NCBI RefSeq assembly: GCF_964204865.1
Contig: NC_135250.1
Span: 20,398,001 to 20,462,000 of the forward strand
Length of the DNA stretch: 64,000 nucleotides
Direction of reading: 5' to 3'
Source of the DNA: Styela clava
Taxonomy: Eukaryota
A model generated the notes under the pieces. That model did no database searches. It was not told the origin of the DNA and worked only from the letters and a program-made list of their open reading frames with translations. Below are positions 1 through 14,273 of this stretch, piece after piece. Each line of letters starts with the position of its first letter. Position 1 is the stretch's first letter. A program made the translations under genes and the position numbers.

Positions 1-628
1 TAGCGTATGTATGATATCTAAGAAGCAATTTGGAAATACTACAGAAAAATACATTGTAACAAATCTCGTCAAAATATAAAAGATCCTCTATCCAGTAAAT
101 TTTAAAGTGACAAGCAACGCCTTAAAATCTCATTAAAAATAAATTAATTATTCAAGAAAAAGGAATTGAGCCAATGGATGAATTTCAGCTACAGTGTAAA
201 GTCTTATTTAAAGCTAAATGGAAAAATGATGTTATATTTATTATATGAAATATCATATTTATTCCAAGGAGAGTAAAAGTTCATCAGTATCGATATTCAA
301 AATTTCGCTAAAAAATATTTTATGTCTCTTCATCGCTTATACAATATTAAAAATTATATATTATATTGTATAAATATTATACAATATTATTAAAATTAGA
401 CAAATAAAAAAAATGTGTATTTCAAAATGTTATCATTATTCGTAATGGAAAAACGTCTCCACTTCAAAATTATTGCTAATTTTATTTTTAGTCCATTTTA
501 TTTAAATGAATTTATTCATATTAACATTGACTATATATACTAAAGTTTAAACCTAAACAATAAACAATACTAATGTTTATTAATTGGGATATTGAAATCT
601 TAAAACCAAACCCACTTAATTCACAAGC

Positions 629-957
629 ACAAGAGAACCATGCTCAAATATAGGATAGACACGAAGACCGAAACAAAATAGTACGGGTATGCATTCTGTC
701 ACAGTAGACTACCGGTAACGCCTGACTACCAGATCGCTAACGCGAAGGCGGAACCGCCACGAGGTGCGCAATTTTTGTGTTTGACGTCAACGCACACACA
801 ATAAAGAGAATTCCTTGTAAGCCCACAGATATTTTTGAAATAAAAAAAAGGAATATTCCTCTAGAAATCTAGAGTACGCTTTTTTCCTGCCAACAATAAT
901 TAAAAAAGAATTGTAAAACGATGACAAAACGATCTGTAAGTCCATTTCGTGTCCAAT
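629..957 (-). mobile_element. Non-autonomous Helentron/HINE (DINE-1-like) element copy
   Basis: Shares ACAAGAGA..ATGCTCAAATATA..GACACG at one end and CGTGTCCAA at the other with the copies at 20385, 33272 and 35327. Confidence 0.6.
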
Positions 958-1586
958 AAACGTTTATAAAGACATATCACATCCAATATGCTAAGGTTAC
1001 ATTCATCACAAAATCGTAGTTAGAGAAAAGTCATAAGCTATTCAGGTATTAGAAGCTGCATTGGAAATAGCAATAACCGAGTATTTGCAAGCGAGAGCTG
1101 ACTAAATAAAAGCGATATATATTGTATGAGAGCAATATAAAAAAGAACGGCTGCGAGTTTGTAACAAACTTGAGTATCCCGTAAAAAGCCTGTTTTCGGC
1201 AAGCTATATTATTCTTCAAATTATTTGTACTTTTTCATTGATATTGGGATCAATTGTCAATTTTTGTTTTCTAATCACCATTGTCCATGGCATACACTTC
1301 ATAGACTTTTGATTGCAGTCAAAAAATGATTATTATTCGGTCAGTGTCGTGTACTAATAATGATCTACAATTGGTAATTTTGCGCGTGAAAATTGCCATG
1401 ACGTTATCGTATTGAATTCGATCAAGCCAAGAAATTACACGCCTTGAGTAAAGTGAGTTCGACGCCGGAAATAATTGGCGAAAGAAAAACACATCGATCG
1501 CTTTGAGATTTGCAAAAGTGCTATTTGTTATTTGAGTTTTGCGAACGAATCTTGCTCTGTATTGTGCAGTGAGTTGACGATTTAGA

Positions 1587-4500
1587 ATGGAATCGTTGTG
1601 GAGATTTGTGATTGTTTTGAATCTGCTGGTTATCACGTGTGGAAAAGAGGTAGGATTATAACTAAAATCTTTGCCAAGACCACATTTTGGCTAGCCTTGC
1701 TAAAGTCAAATATCGTAATTAAACATATTTATTCGATTTTCCGCGAAGCCTATGAGATGAGCCATTATTGTACTTTATTTATTGCATTGACAACCTCACT
1801 GTATTATTTAATTTCACTACCGGCAACAACAGAACAGTGAAAGTGTTATTATTTCTATTGACATTGTCATGTTAAGCTAGCCTTACATAACTGAGTCATG
1901 CTCGCGCGCGAAGCTAGCAAGCAGCAAAATACGAACACTTGGGAAAGAATGACATCATTCTTACGCCATGCCATATGTTGTAAATATCTTCCCAAATCAA
2001 CCACGGAATCGCAAGGCAATTTTGTGGGAAATGGGGAATTTCCCAGATAGATGAAGGCATCAGACACTAAGTATATATATAAGCGTCAAGAAATTCGGAA
2101 AATTGCAGGACCTCACGGGAAAACTCTGAGAATGGGGGTAGTCCGTTAGGTTGCCATCCATGGGTTGGCATACTTTGGTGAAGTGTTGGGTGGTAATAGT
2201 GATGTAAAAAATTTGATTTCATATTCTGTTTGAAGCGAGTTCCACATTAAATAAGAAAAGGTATTATTTTGATACGATGTAATCTCATTTTTTCAGAGAA
2301 TCAATGATTCGTGATTTGATTAAATAGCAATTGCCGAATTTGCCCATTTTACATTAATTGGTCCCAGCGAAATAATAAAGTCGTTCACTCATGTTTGAAT
2401 TACAGATTCGCATCTCCATCAACGGTACGGAAGCCATCTACAATATCGATAAAAAATCTCCTTCCGTTACGCTAGGAATGGGAATTTTTAAATACGGTGT
2501 CATCAAATATATGAAGTCAGTAACCTTAATGAGTTAGGCTTAGAGACTGTTATTAATTGTATTTTTGTTGAAATTTACTAATTGACTCGAATATTTATTT
2601 CAATCTTCACTATTGTTCATAACCCAGGTGTGCCAGGAGATTAACTTGATCAGCTGTCACAGTCTGCGTAACCGTGCTATAATTATTCTAGTTTAAACCA
2701 TGATGGTAACTTGTATATTTGTGTCGTAATCTCTGGTAGATCCATTTTTATATGCATTGAAATACAGGCAAAAAATTTATGAACACAAATTGTTGTAGTT
2801 TTCTTTTGATTTTTGCAATGGAAATGCTATGAGTATCGCTAATTTCGATGATGTCACTTTCTTTAACAGCAACACGAAACTCTTGACATTAGCAAAAGCT
2901 CTCGGTCCATCGTATGTTAGAATGGGAGGAACGAAGTCTGATCATTCACATTTTGTTCCAGGAAATATTGCCCGTCAAATGCGAGGTACTAGCTTATTTA
3001 CAAAATAAAAGTTAATTTTTTTATGGTAAAAAATTAAAAATTAAAATTTGGAAATTTCTTTTATATAAACTGAGTACACCATTGAATTTAGATAATGTAC
3101 TTTCAATACCTATATTACCTTTCCATATTTCTAGATTTTTACCCTGATTTGGAAGCTGAAAGATTTTACTTCAACTGCGTGTTTGTATATTATGATTTAT
3201 AAGACAGCTACAATAAATGTTACCGTCATAGCTTCTATTTAACATATTCCTGTTCTTATAAGGAATATTTTTCACTAACTCTAGAAAATAAGTACTATTT
3301 TCAAAATATGAAGCTTCCTCCCCTACTCGTTATATTAAGAATATAGTATTTTAATATTGATGTAAATATTAATTAAGTGTGAAGTTGACCCATAGTTGAA
3401 ATAGATTTTTTCATATTTAAGAATATTCGGTGTAGAGAATGTGATATAATTCTTTGCTTTGTTTCTATTTTTTTTTCATTTTTCAGAACAAAATTGTCTT
3501 GGAGAAATGCCAAATAACGAAGAATTTGTGCAACATATGTTGAAAGTTGCAGAATGGCAATTCGAAAATTCATTTGCGAAAGAAAGATACGGATTATCTG
3601 ATAATAATGTATCATACACAGGTAAGTTTTTGCATTAACCTCAAATCTAAAATACAAATGTGGATAAACCTCGTTATATTTGAATGCAGCTTTTTGTTTC
3701 TATCTTCTATCAACGTCGAAAATTTAGAAAATATTTGAAAATTACTCAACGCGACTTAAAAGCAAGGCCTCATTTTTAATTATTTTGTGGTACTTTAGTA
3801 GTAGTTGTAAAATTGTTATCATCAAAGCTGATCAGAATGAATATATGCAAAGTTTCAAAAACCACATATAGCCGCTATATAACTAAACTATTGTATATAT
3901 ATTAAAATCGTAAAGATTTGGAATTTCTCATTAAAAAATTTAATCTAGGCGAGCATTTTTTTTGCTTGTCAACTTTGAGAAACTAAAATTTCTACAAATC
4001 TCATCATATAAACTGATCTGTATAGTTCCTTCAATAATAGACTCTGTAGTGACGTATTTTTTAGTGAGTGTCCAGCCCTTTACATTTCTGGTTTACAAAA
4101 TGTACAAGATTACGCTTGGGCTCATCTCAAACTTATTGCTTTAGGATCAGAGTTCGACGATCTGATGTCCTTCGTAAATTGTGCGAATTGGGAACTTATT
4201 TTTGGACTAAATCTGTTGGATAGAAAACATGGTAATAAAAAATGGAATTCCACAAATACTGTTCAATTACTCAATTATGCTAAAAGCCAAAAACATCGAG
4301 TGAATTGGGAACTTGGTAACGGTAAGTATGAAAAGCTTATTGCAAATTTTTCGCATTCATTGATTTGATTTCTACACAATTTCTTGAGCAGATTGTTTAG
4401 CATTTTCAAATGACCACTACCAGCAAAGCTTGAAGCGGAAACATCTTTTTGAAAGCAAATATTTTTATGTCGGATCGTTTTGTTTGTTATGTTGTTTTTG

Positions 4501-7059
4501 TTCTTTTGTTGTTAAAGTTGTTTTTCTTCTTGGTGTAAATAACTAATGACTCGCTCTTATACCTAATGGGACATATGCTTTGAAATTTTCAGTAGTTTAG
4601 GACTGTATTTGCTAGAAGGCTATTACTTTTTATTTATTTTCAAAATTTTCCATGGGCTCTATTGGATTCGTGTTTTTTTTGTGCGATGACGTCATCAAAA
4701 TTAAAAATGGCGCACCTTTTAGCTGTTTCGCTTTCAAGCGCTACCGGTATTCTTTTACTGTGACAAATTGCATACTCGTCCTACTTTGTTTGGGCTTCGT
4801 GACCATATATTAGAACATTGCTCTCATGCTTTCATTGTCATTCATTATTCTATAAAAATATATAGGTTTTGAAATAAAACGAAAATGTGCTTTTTCCATC
4901 TAGAACCGAATTCATATCATCATCATACAGGATTTTCTGTATCGCCGCGTGAAATAGCCACAGCTTTCTTTCAGCTAAACAAGATCTTGAAGTCAGACTC
5001 ATGGTGGAAACAATCGAAAATAATTGGACCAGATGCCAACACGATGTTCAAAACTTCGAGCTTGAAATTTTTTAAAAAGTACATATATATTAACTTTGTG
5101 GCTCCATAAAGTAGATTGTCTTCGGTGATAATTTACCACGCATTGAGTTATCGCCATATTTATAAAAAAATAAAAAAAAAACTATGTTACTGTTTTTCAC
5201 AGAGTTGTTCATTACATGGGATCTATTTTGAATGCTGTGACATTTCACCAGTAAGATGTTTTTATTTTACTTCAGCCATGACACTAAATATGAAGATACA
5301 TCATTTTAAAAAATATTAAAAACTCAAATGTATTTCATAGATAATCCATTTGGCAATTTATGACCGTTAATGAGTTCATTTGTTGTTTGTTTTGTTGCTT
5401 TGAAACTATCAGTGCTTTTGATAAAAGATAGACCATCATTTTAGCATCATCAACTCGATCTAGACAACAAACTTATTTTATGATTATCAATTATCGGAGA
5501 TAAAAACCATCGACAAATAGGTATGGCTTGACAAATGGTTGATGATCGTTTTAGGTACTACGTGGACAGTAGAGTGGCAACAATTTTTAACTTTACGGAT
5601 CCTGCTCTTTTGAACGAGTTACTACCACAGGTGATGCTAGAATTTTTTATGTAATATTTTAGTATATTTCTTTAGTTTTTCCAAGATCTGGTATGAGTTA
5701 TTTGTATGAAAAACACTCATTAACTTGTAACCAGATAGGAAATGTTATCTTCACTCTAGAAAAGTCAATATATATATACATCGCTATAAAAAATAAGTTG
5801 ACGATTAATCTACATTGAACCTTCTTATGTAACTTTTGTTAACGATTTTCAACTACAGGGCTGTAAGCAGAGTACCGACAAAATTAGTTTTAAAGTATAT
5901 TTATGATAGTGCTATAAATTCACTTTTCAGCTGAAACATGTAAAAGAAATAGTTAATCGACAATTTCCAGATCTTCCCGTTTGGATTGGAGAAACTAGCT
6001 CATCTTATGGAGGTGGAGCAAAGGGTCTTTCGGACACTTACGTTGCAGGATTCATGTCAGTATTCTATGATAAACGAATATATTTGAACTACTAAACTTA
6101 TTAAATTGCACAATGTTCACCAGAAGGTGTTAAAATATATGATATAAATTCTGTGCAATTTTAGGTGGCTTGATAAGCTGGGTTTATCTGCAAGTAATGG
6201 GATAGATATTGTGTTCAGACAAACATTAGTAGAAGGAAATTACGCGTTGCTGGACGACAATTTCGATCCTAGGCCGGTAAGTACTCTATGAAACTTAAAA
6301 TACATAATACTGAATTTTCAGTTTGTGAGACTGTTTGTCCCATACAATTTTCCACGTTTTTTATTTTCGTATACAGAATAGCTGACAATTATGTTATAGT
6401 TTTCTTTTATCCTTTAGGATTACTGGCTGACATTGCTGTATAAAACATTGGTCGGAACTCAAGTTTTAAATGTTACGAAAACAGTTATCGGTGCAATTTC
6501 TAAACAACATACAAAGGTTCGAATATACGCGCATTGCACCAACACAGAAAGGTATGAAACCTGAATGATTTTGATAATTGAATGTTTTAATCAGTGCTGT
6601 TGTGGACTATATGCATATATCAGTTCTACTAAATATATCAATATTATTCAGAACAACATATCCAACAGGATCTGTGACGTTATATTATCTCAATTTATCT
6701 ACAAGTAGAAAGAAATTATCATTTGTACAACAAAGTGAACAAAACTTGACCATAGCAGTGACTTATATTTTGACTTCTACACCGGGAGTTTTGAATTCAA
6801 GGTAAGATAATACCTATGAACATATTCCTTAATATTCTATTTATAATCATTTCTTGATTGAATAGGAAAACTAGTATTTCTTGTTTGCAGTGACATTTAT
6901 TTGAACAACAAGAAGCTTCGAATGGTAGATATTCACACGATGCCAACTTTCAACCCACGTCAAGTTAACATCGGTGCAGGAAAAAAGATAAATTTGCCAC
7001 CTTCGTCATTTGGATTCATAGTTTTGAAAGACTCTAAAATTAAGGCTTGTCTAAAATGA
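1587..7059 (+). CDS. HPSE: Heparanase-like endo-beta-glucuronidase (GH79), multi-exon
   Basis: Signal exon [21 protein letters not shown] (1587-1649). Exons at 2406-2515, 2870-2985 ([18 protein letters not shown]), 3135-3178, 3487-3621 and 4145-4321, then exons starting at about 4904, 5202, 5555, 5931, 6165, 6418, 6652 and 6891. Acid/base motif WELGNE (across the 4321/4904 junction), nucleophile motif [27 protein letters not shown], and C-terminus KIKACLK-TGA. All junctions are GT-AG and in phase except 3178/3487 (see findings). Confidence 0.93.
4467..4826 (+). mobile_element. HINE-like element copy, opposite orientation, in a heparanase intron
   Basis: Reverse-complement similarity to the 629-957 and 33272-33509 copies (TTG-rich tract, TTGAAATTTTCAGTAG, terminal CATATATTAGAACATTGCTCTC). 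Confidence 0.55.
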
Positions 7060-8872
7060 AATCGTATTCCTTGATTTATATTCGAATCAAACTCAACTCA
7101 ATTAACTGATTCAAAAATACAAGAATACACCTATTTTGAAACCCAAGGATAGTCAATTGCCTTTTCGTTCTCAGTATTGAGAATTACAATGTCGCTGCTC
7201 GGAACCAGCCCATTATAATTTAAAGTCAATGTTTGTGGAGTCGATAAAAGTGGATTGTGCTATTGTTTGCGAAAAGTGGTGCTCGGAAATAATTTAGTAG
7301 CAACTCCTATATATATAATATATATATAACCTCTCGAAAAAATTGTATATGGGTCTCATATGCTCCGAAAATATTTGCTAGTTTCCACGCGGTCACAAAC
7401 GATGAGATGAATACAGGCGATTAGCGCTGGTAAACTAATCCGTAAATGTCAAATAAATCTATAAATAAAATAAACTTATGCCAGCTGAGGAATTCAAGAA
7501 CGTGATTTTATTTATTTGCGCCGCGTTGTTATTAATTAGACGTTAGTGACGTTATAAGTGTCTGTCAGTAAGAAAATGGAGGTCTCTCATGAAAGACTGA
7601 AGTTTAACGCCGAGTTGTGAATGTTCAAGACTATCAAAGATGTGATTTGATCAATTTGTTCAAAAGTAGTAATGAAGGAGAATAATATCACAAGCAATAC
7701 TAATGCGCAAACCATTCTGCCGATCAAGGCAGCATTGTGGGTCAAATACGGGCTGACGCAATGCAGCTGTTAATTTGATGAAACGCCGGAGTGGATTTCA
7801 TGGTTACAAGAAAGACCAGAGGCTTTCCAGAAAGTCAGCACTTCAAGACATCTAATCAAAGGTATATGAATACCTCCAATTGTCTCCATTTTTTGTTACG
7901 CGATTCTTTTATCTTGTAACGAATTGTAATGTATATATATAGAGAGATGAGGAGAGTTCTTTGAAATAGATATCAAAAATTAATGCCTCTATGGATTCCA
8001 CCGTACGTGTGAACGACTATTTTACTATGATAAGATGCACACGATGCAGGCTTTGCCCTAAAATAATGCACTAATGGTTGTTGCATTCTCGGTAAATTTT
8101 TTTGGTATTATTTGTAGTTCTCGAAGCCGTTCTTTTCGGACTTATTCCCCTGTGACGTCATAAAAAATCGTTATACACTTGCGAAGCAATCAATATCTAG
8201 GCCGGAAAGTAATAAGTCTGGTATATCAAACCGTACAGTTCGAACGTAAATCAGACAGTTACAGGAAACATATTTGACAAAATATGCATTGCGAATGCCT
8301 CTAACATATCGATAGATCCACCAGTGTGCGTAGCCTGCTAGATGCTTAAGCTTCGAGAATCAAATCGTGGAAATCGCGTTACGATTAACTTTTATTTGGA
8401 ACATTTTGAATCATTGACCCACTTTTGCAGTTTCCCTTTACGAGATGAGTTTTATAGTTTTGAATATATGAAAAGAACTATGATACCATAATAAACAATC
8501 TTGATTAGCTAATGATCATTGGCCGACCGAGGAAGTACGCGTTTAGGGATACCGAAATATAATTTCTGGAAAGACCGGACCCAAATAATTTTGAAGTTTT
8601 GTATGCGGATCTTCGGTAAAAATAGTTGAGTAGCCCTGGTGTTCATCATTTCGTCCGAGTATGTATATTTCTAATTCGACATTTAGGTCATAGTTTGTAT
8701 CAATGGAAAGGACTTTATCTGTGACGTTGATCCAAAATCTCCGTCATTTACATGGGAGATGACTATATTTCTACGTCACCTAATTAAAAACTTCAAGTAA
8801 GCTCGCTCATTTTATTCACATTTATTCATTTAGTCATATTGCCTTTTGCTACTAATACGTAACATGACTATA

Positions 8873-9005
8873 CTAGAGATGTACCGATGTATCGGTATCG
8901 GGTATCGGTATCGGGTATCTGTATCGGGTATCGGCAATATCGGCCATTTTTTCGGTATCGGCCATGTATCGGTATCGGTTGAATTAAGGCCGATATTTCC
9001 GATAT
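8873..9005. repeat. hAT-like element end with GTATCG/GTATCGG subterminal repeat array
   Basis: Starts TAGAGATGTACCGAT, followed by many (G)GTATCG(G) units. Resembles Ac-type termini with subterminal repeats. The partner end was not securely identified. Confidence 0.5.
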
Positions 9006-10883
9006 ATTTATCTTTTTGATATGGTTCAGAATGTTTTAAAAGATAAGTTGGAATACTACTTTTTAATTTATTTTTTGTCTGGAGAGACCGTGAGCTATGA
9101 GACATACATGTCCCCACCCCCGCGAAAGAATAGGATTCACGTGTTTTTTGCTATTTATCAGCCAAACTAGTTCAACTAATTTGGCTATTTTCGCTGTCAA
9201 ATTATTTATATTGACATTTTTAATATTACATAGTAATTATGAAGAAATATATCAACACAGCACATAACAAAAAGCAACTAGGCGCCCAGTTTTAAATCAT
9301 ACAGTGGAATTGGGGTCCTTATTTACGGCACAAGGACTTTTGGCACGGCTATAAATGCTGACTGTTTGTCGACAAGTACGAGTGTCATTTAGTCCGTCGA
9401 CATCGATAAACTAAATTCCGAATTTCAAAATTTATGATAGCAATTGTAAAATATTTTATATTATAAAATAGTGAAGTAAAAAAACATCCTCGACGGTTAT
9501 AGGTAGGCCTTCTTTTTGTCGGTGCTGATTGATATTCTTTCAATTTGGCTTTGACTTATTGCGTCGACGATTACGATTAGCCACGAAAAAAAATATTTGT
9601 AAAATGCTTTTAATTTGAACGTAGGACGGCGGCGCTAGAATGTGTGGGTGATATTCGATATTCTTTTAAACTCGAATAACGATATTCGAAGGTCGCGATA
9701 TTCATATCAAGTTCAAATTTGACATCCCGGCTTACGTGCGTGTATGCAGGTCGTGTACTGTCCTCCAATGTCTTTTGGATTTATAGTTCTGGCAGATATG
9801 CATATCCGTGCATGTTTACAGTGAATTTTAATCAATATTTTTGACTTTCGTATAACGCCATATTGGATCTCTTTCAAGTATTAACGAGCCGTATACGCAA
9901 TATGCGACTAAAGATGTTTCATTTGGTAAGATAAAATGCCCATTTCTTTGGGTATTAGAACGTTTATCTATAAATTTCATTTTCGTTGTATTCAATAAAC
10001 TGGCTTAATATCATGTTCAGTGACTGAACTTCAGTCTAATATACATCTATTAAGTAAGAAACACAATGAGTAGTGTAGTGTTTATTCATAAACAAAGCAA
10101 GTTCGCAAATTATACGAGGCGACTGAAAGGTTTATCAGAATATATCCAATATAGCGAGACCAACTTCACTATTCGAATAAATAGTGTCCTTCAAGAATGT
10201 CCGTAACACAACGTGATTGACGTTGACGTCATAGCTCTTAGTAACCATCTAGCGGTAATTGTCCAATTCCAAGTAGAACATTTGGATGATGGCAAGGGTC
10301 CTTGCCTCGCAATTCTTAATGTCAGCAATACTTAGAAAGTGGCACTCAACTGGGACCACATCGCCAACCCGTAGGAGATATCAATTTAAATGTATCAAGG
10401 CAGTGATTTTGTCATGGTTCAAACTTTGAAATTCTGAAAGTCAGTTTACACTGAGTCGGTCTGAAACAAAATTCGTAAAACAGTTGCACTGCTGGTGTTC
10501 CACTACCCCTGCTTCGGGGCATCGACAAGCGGTCATAGAAATTGTGCGGATACAAGCGGTAGGCCACAGTATTTGATAAAAACCACAGATTGGATTTATT
10601 AATAATGGTTAGTCAAAATAATTCCTAATAATGCGCAAAGTGTCGGTGCGTAACGTAACCCAATCATACTAAACTATACTAATACCCAAATATGCGATTC
10701 CAAACTTTATACAATAGAATTTTACAAGACACTGTTGTTTATATTTCAAAACTTACTAAACTCGAAAATTCAACAAATGAAACGTAAATAGGCAATGCGT
10801 TCAAAGGATCAATCCTTTCAATACAATACAACAATGTAATCTTTCGGTGTAATATTAGCAGAACTGTTAACCTTGAAAGAAGG

Positions 10884-13800
10884 CTAGTAAGTCTGCAGCT
10901 TAAATATGATTTGGTCTCCGTCGTGTGGTACGTAAGCACTTATTCCCACTGGTAGAATTTCACCCGTTTTTCCGTTTAACATCGCCCAGTATTGTCTTGC
11001 ACTCGAATCAGCCATTACTCCTTGCAGACTTGTGACAGATTCTCCAAACGAATATGAAACCGTCTTGAACGTGCCAAATAGATAATATCGTTTTTATTGT
11101 GATAATGTATAATTTACACCTTGTATCAGTCTTGTGAAAATACTATAAATAAAAATAAGATAAAGTTTATTCATAGAAATGGTACAGTCCCAAAATGAGA
11201 GACAGCAATGTTTTGAGCGGCTTTGTACATGCTGTGAAATCGGATACAGAATCAAATTCTAAAATGGTTACGTATTCATGACAGTTCTATTTTCAAATTT
11301 TCTTGATGTGTCTTGCGGACCTAAATGCTTGCAGTTATATATATATATATCGGAGATAGGAGGTGATTTTCTATTGAAATATATTTGAATTTTGACGCTA
11401 ACTTTAGTTTTGGCTTTGTTCCTAAATCATTGGCAGCAAGTGATACATACTTGCAATTGTAGAAAAACAGTTGGCCTACTATTTTGTAGTTTCTAACTAT
11501 CTTACGTTATCAACCCATCGGCTTGTGCTTCAATCATTGCTTGGTGCAACTTTGTACCGTTTTTGATGATAACAGAAACATCTGTATTCGGATTTTCATT
11601 AACTGCATGGGGCATATCAGTAAAAATCGTCAACCTAGCGCTAATCGGAATTCCTCCAACAACGTTGGGAAAGCAGGTTTGTGGATCAATAGGATTGCAT
11701 TTTGGTTGATATCCTTGAGGTATGGAGACTGAAAATATAAAATAAAAACTATTGCTTCAACTATGTCTTCATTATGGATACAGACTGCGACCACTTTGTT
11801 TATGTCGAAAGACATTTGATTTTGCGGTGCGAATCTGTGGGTAAAGAGCTTGGCATTTGACAAAAGACAAAAATCGCCAGAACAACATCACGTTCTATCA
11901 ATAATATAGTAAAACCTTCAAATTGTATAAGGTCAACTACTCAGAAAATAGTTAACCAGTTTTAGATGCAGTATCATGAAATGGAATTTGACACTTTGCA
12001 GTGACAATAATTTTATGTTGCATAGTTATACCAAAAATCACGTCCGGCTCAAATATTGGTATATACTAAAAATAATCTCTACCTAAAAGCAAATAAAATA
12101 TAGTTTCTTGTTTTATAGTTATAAAAATATTTTATTATAAACATTTTTTAACATTTCTTGAACCTTCAGCTTTACATGTCCACCCGACTTCCAAATCAAG
12201 ATAACTGTTGCCTGCCAGAGATGGTATACGCTGAGACAAAACACCCTCTGTCTCTGGTACATCAAAACCAGTCAGGCTTTTCATCACGTCCCTGTAAAAA
12301 GAATGTCGAATTATTGAGACACACACGCACAATTGAACATTTTAAGTAATCGCGTAGGAATCTATTCATTACGAACTTGCATTTCCAAGTGTCCGTAGAA
12401 TCAATGTCGGCTTCACGTAAGGCGAGAGCTGATAGAGGAGACGAGTATTTGTTACCAATGAATGTATTCTGTTCTACAACTTTAACTTCGGAATCCAAGA
12501 AATTGACCAATTTCTTTATCGATTCTCTAACGCGTTTCATTAAAAATCGTGGTCGAACTCCAGACCCGACACACTTTAATGCAAGGATCATCTGTGCGGC
12601 ATCATCTGCAAAATGTTTTAAATATCAATATTGCTTTTATAGCAATCAACTATAATAGTGTTTTTCAAGCTTTTCCAGTTTGCGACTCACTGTTGGGAAG
12701 CACTGAACTATAAAAAAAAACTTGAAAAAAAAAAATACGATGTTTTCAAATCTACCTGTTTGTGGACGTTAGCTGCTGCGCTGTGGTCATAAAAAAAACT
12801 TTTTTAACGGGAACTGAGATTTTTCTAAAATGTTCTGGTGGTTGGTTTTTGTCAGCAATATTGAATTAAAAAACTTATTATTACTCACCAACGGAGTGTT
12901 TGTCGCCAAAACTTCCATCTTCATTTTGCTTTTTCAACAAATTCCTAACGACTGACATCTTGATATGACCTCCATTCACACAAACAGTTCCCAATGCCAG
13001 ACCAAAACTATAATACTGTTCATCCGGATTTTCTAAGAATTCAAACACAATGGTTAAAAATAAATGATAAGTCTTCATGGCAATTTTTGTCTGATTGTGC
13101 AGCAAACCAACACAACAACAATTGTTTACCTTTCCGTATCCGCTTTTCCAATGTTTTCAGAAGGTTTCTTCCATCAAAATTTCTTGGGTTTTCACACATC
13201 GATTGAATTGCAAGTATGTATTGTGCCAACTTACCGATGCTCATCCTGTAAAATTATAATTTTTAGTGTTTTCCCTCCTTCTTCATCTCCTTATTTTGCG
13301 TACACTTAATCTTTATAGTCGTCATCAATTTCACTTCTCATCTTCTCCAGAGATTTTCTCCGTCCGTAAAATTTATTCTGAGCCGACAATTGTAATCCTA
13401 ATACAACTTCTGGTGTATTTGTCCATCCCCATGATGGGTGCCGCAATTCCATCAAGCGATCAACGGCGCTGTTGATAACCTTGGTTACAGACTTATTGTT
13501 TTCTTCTCCTGGTTAAGAAATTGAACACAAATTGATGTTGCTTGTTTCTAGTTAATAAAAAAATATAGTTGGCATGAAACTGGCATAAGCTGGACATCTC
13601 AACAATGTATTTACCGTTTACGTTCTTCCTATTTAGCAAGCTATTTTGTGCTAAAATTAAAAGATCAAGAAATATCCGCTTAATAAACCCTCTCATGCAT
13701 ACCTAGATTTTCCATGCGAGTGTGAATAGTTTAATTTGAATAGTTGTAGGATCAGTTTCAATTGGTATCTCAAGGCATATATATCAATCCCAATATTGAA

Positions 13801-14027
13801 TCCATGATCAGCTCTTATTTTGGCAGTGTAGCTTGCAGATTTTCCATTATCAAATTTGCAATTTAGTTATGGGCTTTCAGTTGAAAAGTGACTAATGAAA
13901 ATAATTGCATAAAATCACGGTAAAACACGAATTAAATCTTACCGCATATCTTAAACGTGACCCGTCTATTCCCGATGACATTTCCTAATAGTAGGAGAAG
14001 AGAGGTGACGAAGACCACATACTGCAT
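10884..14027 (-). CDS. Transcobalamin/intrinsic factor-like cobalamin-binding protein, copy A (8 exons; two anomalous splice sites, possibly a pseudogene)
   Basis: Signal MQYVVFVTSLLLLLG. Alpha-domain motifs SIGKLAQYILA, YYSFGLALGTVC, HSVDDAAQMILALKC, IGNKYSSPL, SQRIPSLAGNSYL. Beta domain FGESVTSLQG..QYWAML..GISAYVPHDGDQIIF. Donor at 13309 reads TTAAGT and acceptor at 11071-11073 reads CAC. Confidence 0.85.
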
Positions 14028-14273
14028 TTTCACTCAAGTAAACGGAATCCTGGATGGCTATATTAAAACTTGCTGTCATGATAATGAATGCATTAAAATT
14101 TTCGCACATGTAACCTAGTGATAAATGTATCTACAATATTGTTGTATGCTTCTATATAGATTAGAATCACTGGTTGATATATTTGAACTTTATTCAAAGC
14201 ACACCTCGAGAAAATATTAATACGGTTATGCTTGCTCGAAATCGGCCATTTTCTTCAAGCAGGGGCCGCAATG

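Noticed and set aside
1319-1636. 105-aa minus-strand ORF
   Set aside because: Non-ATG start, no recognisable motifs, and overlaps the heparanase promoter and first exon.
1757-1840. [11 protein letters not shown]... as the heparanase signal exon
   Set aside because: Its donor is out of phase with exon 2. Exon 1587-1649 gives a signal peptide with a phase-0 GT donor.
7576-7862. Exon-like stretch ending in a GT donor
   Set aside because: Stops in the frames examined and no recognisable homology.
10180-10570. Cys-containing broken frames on - strand, faintly CUB-like
   Set aside because: Many stops and no convincing motif set; cannot be supported.
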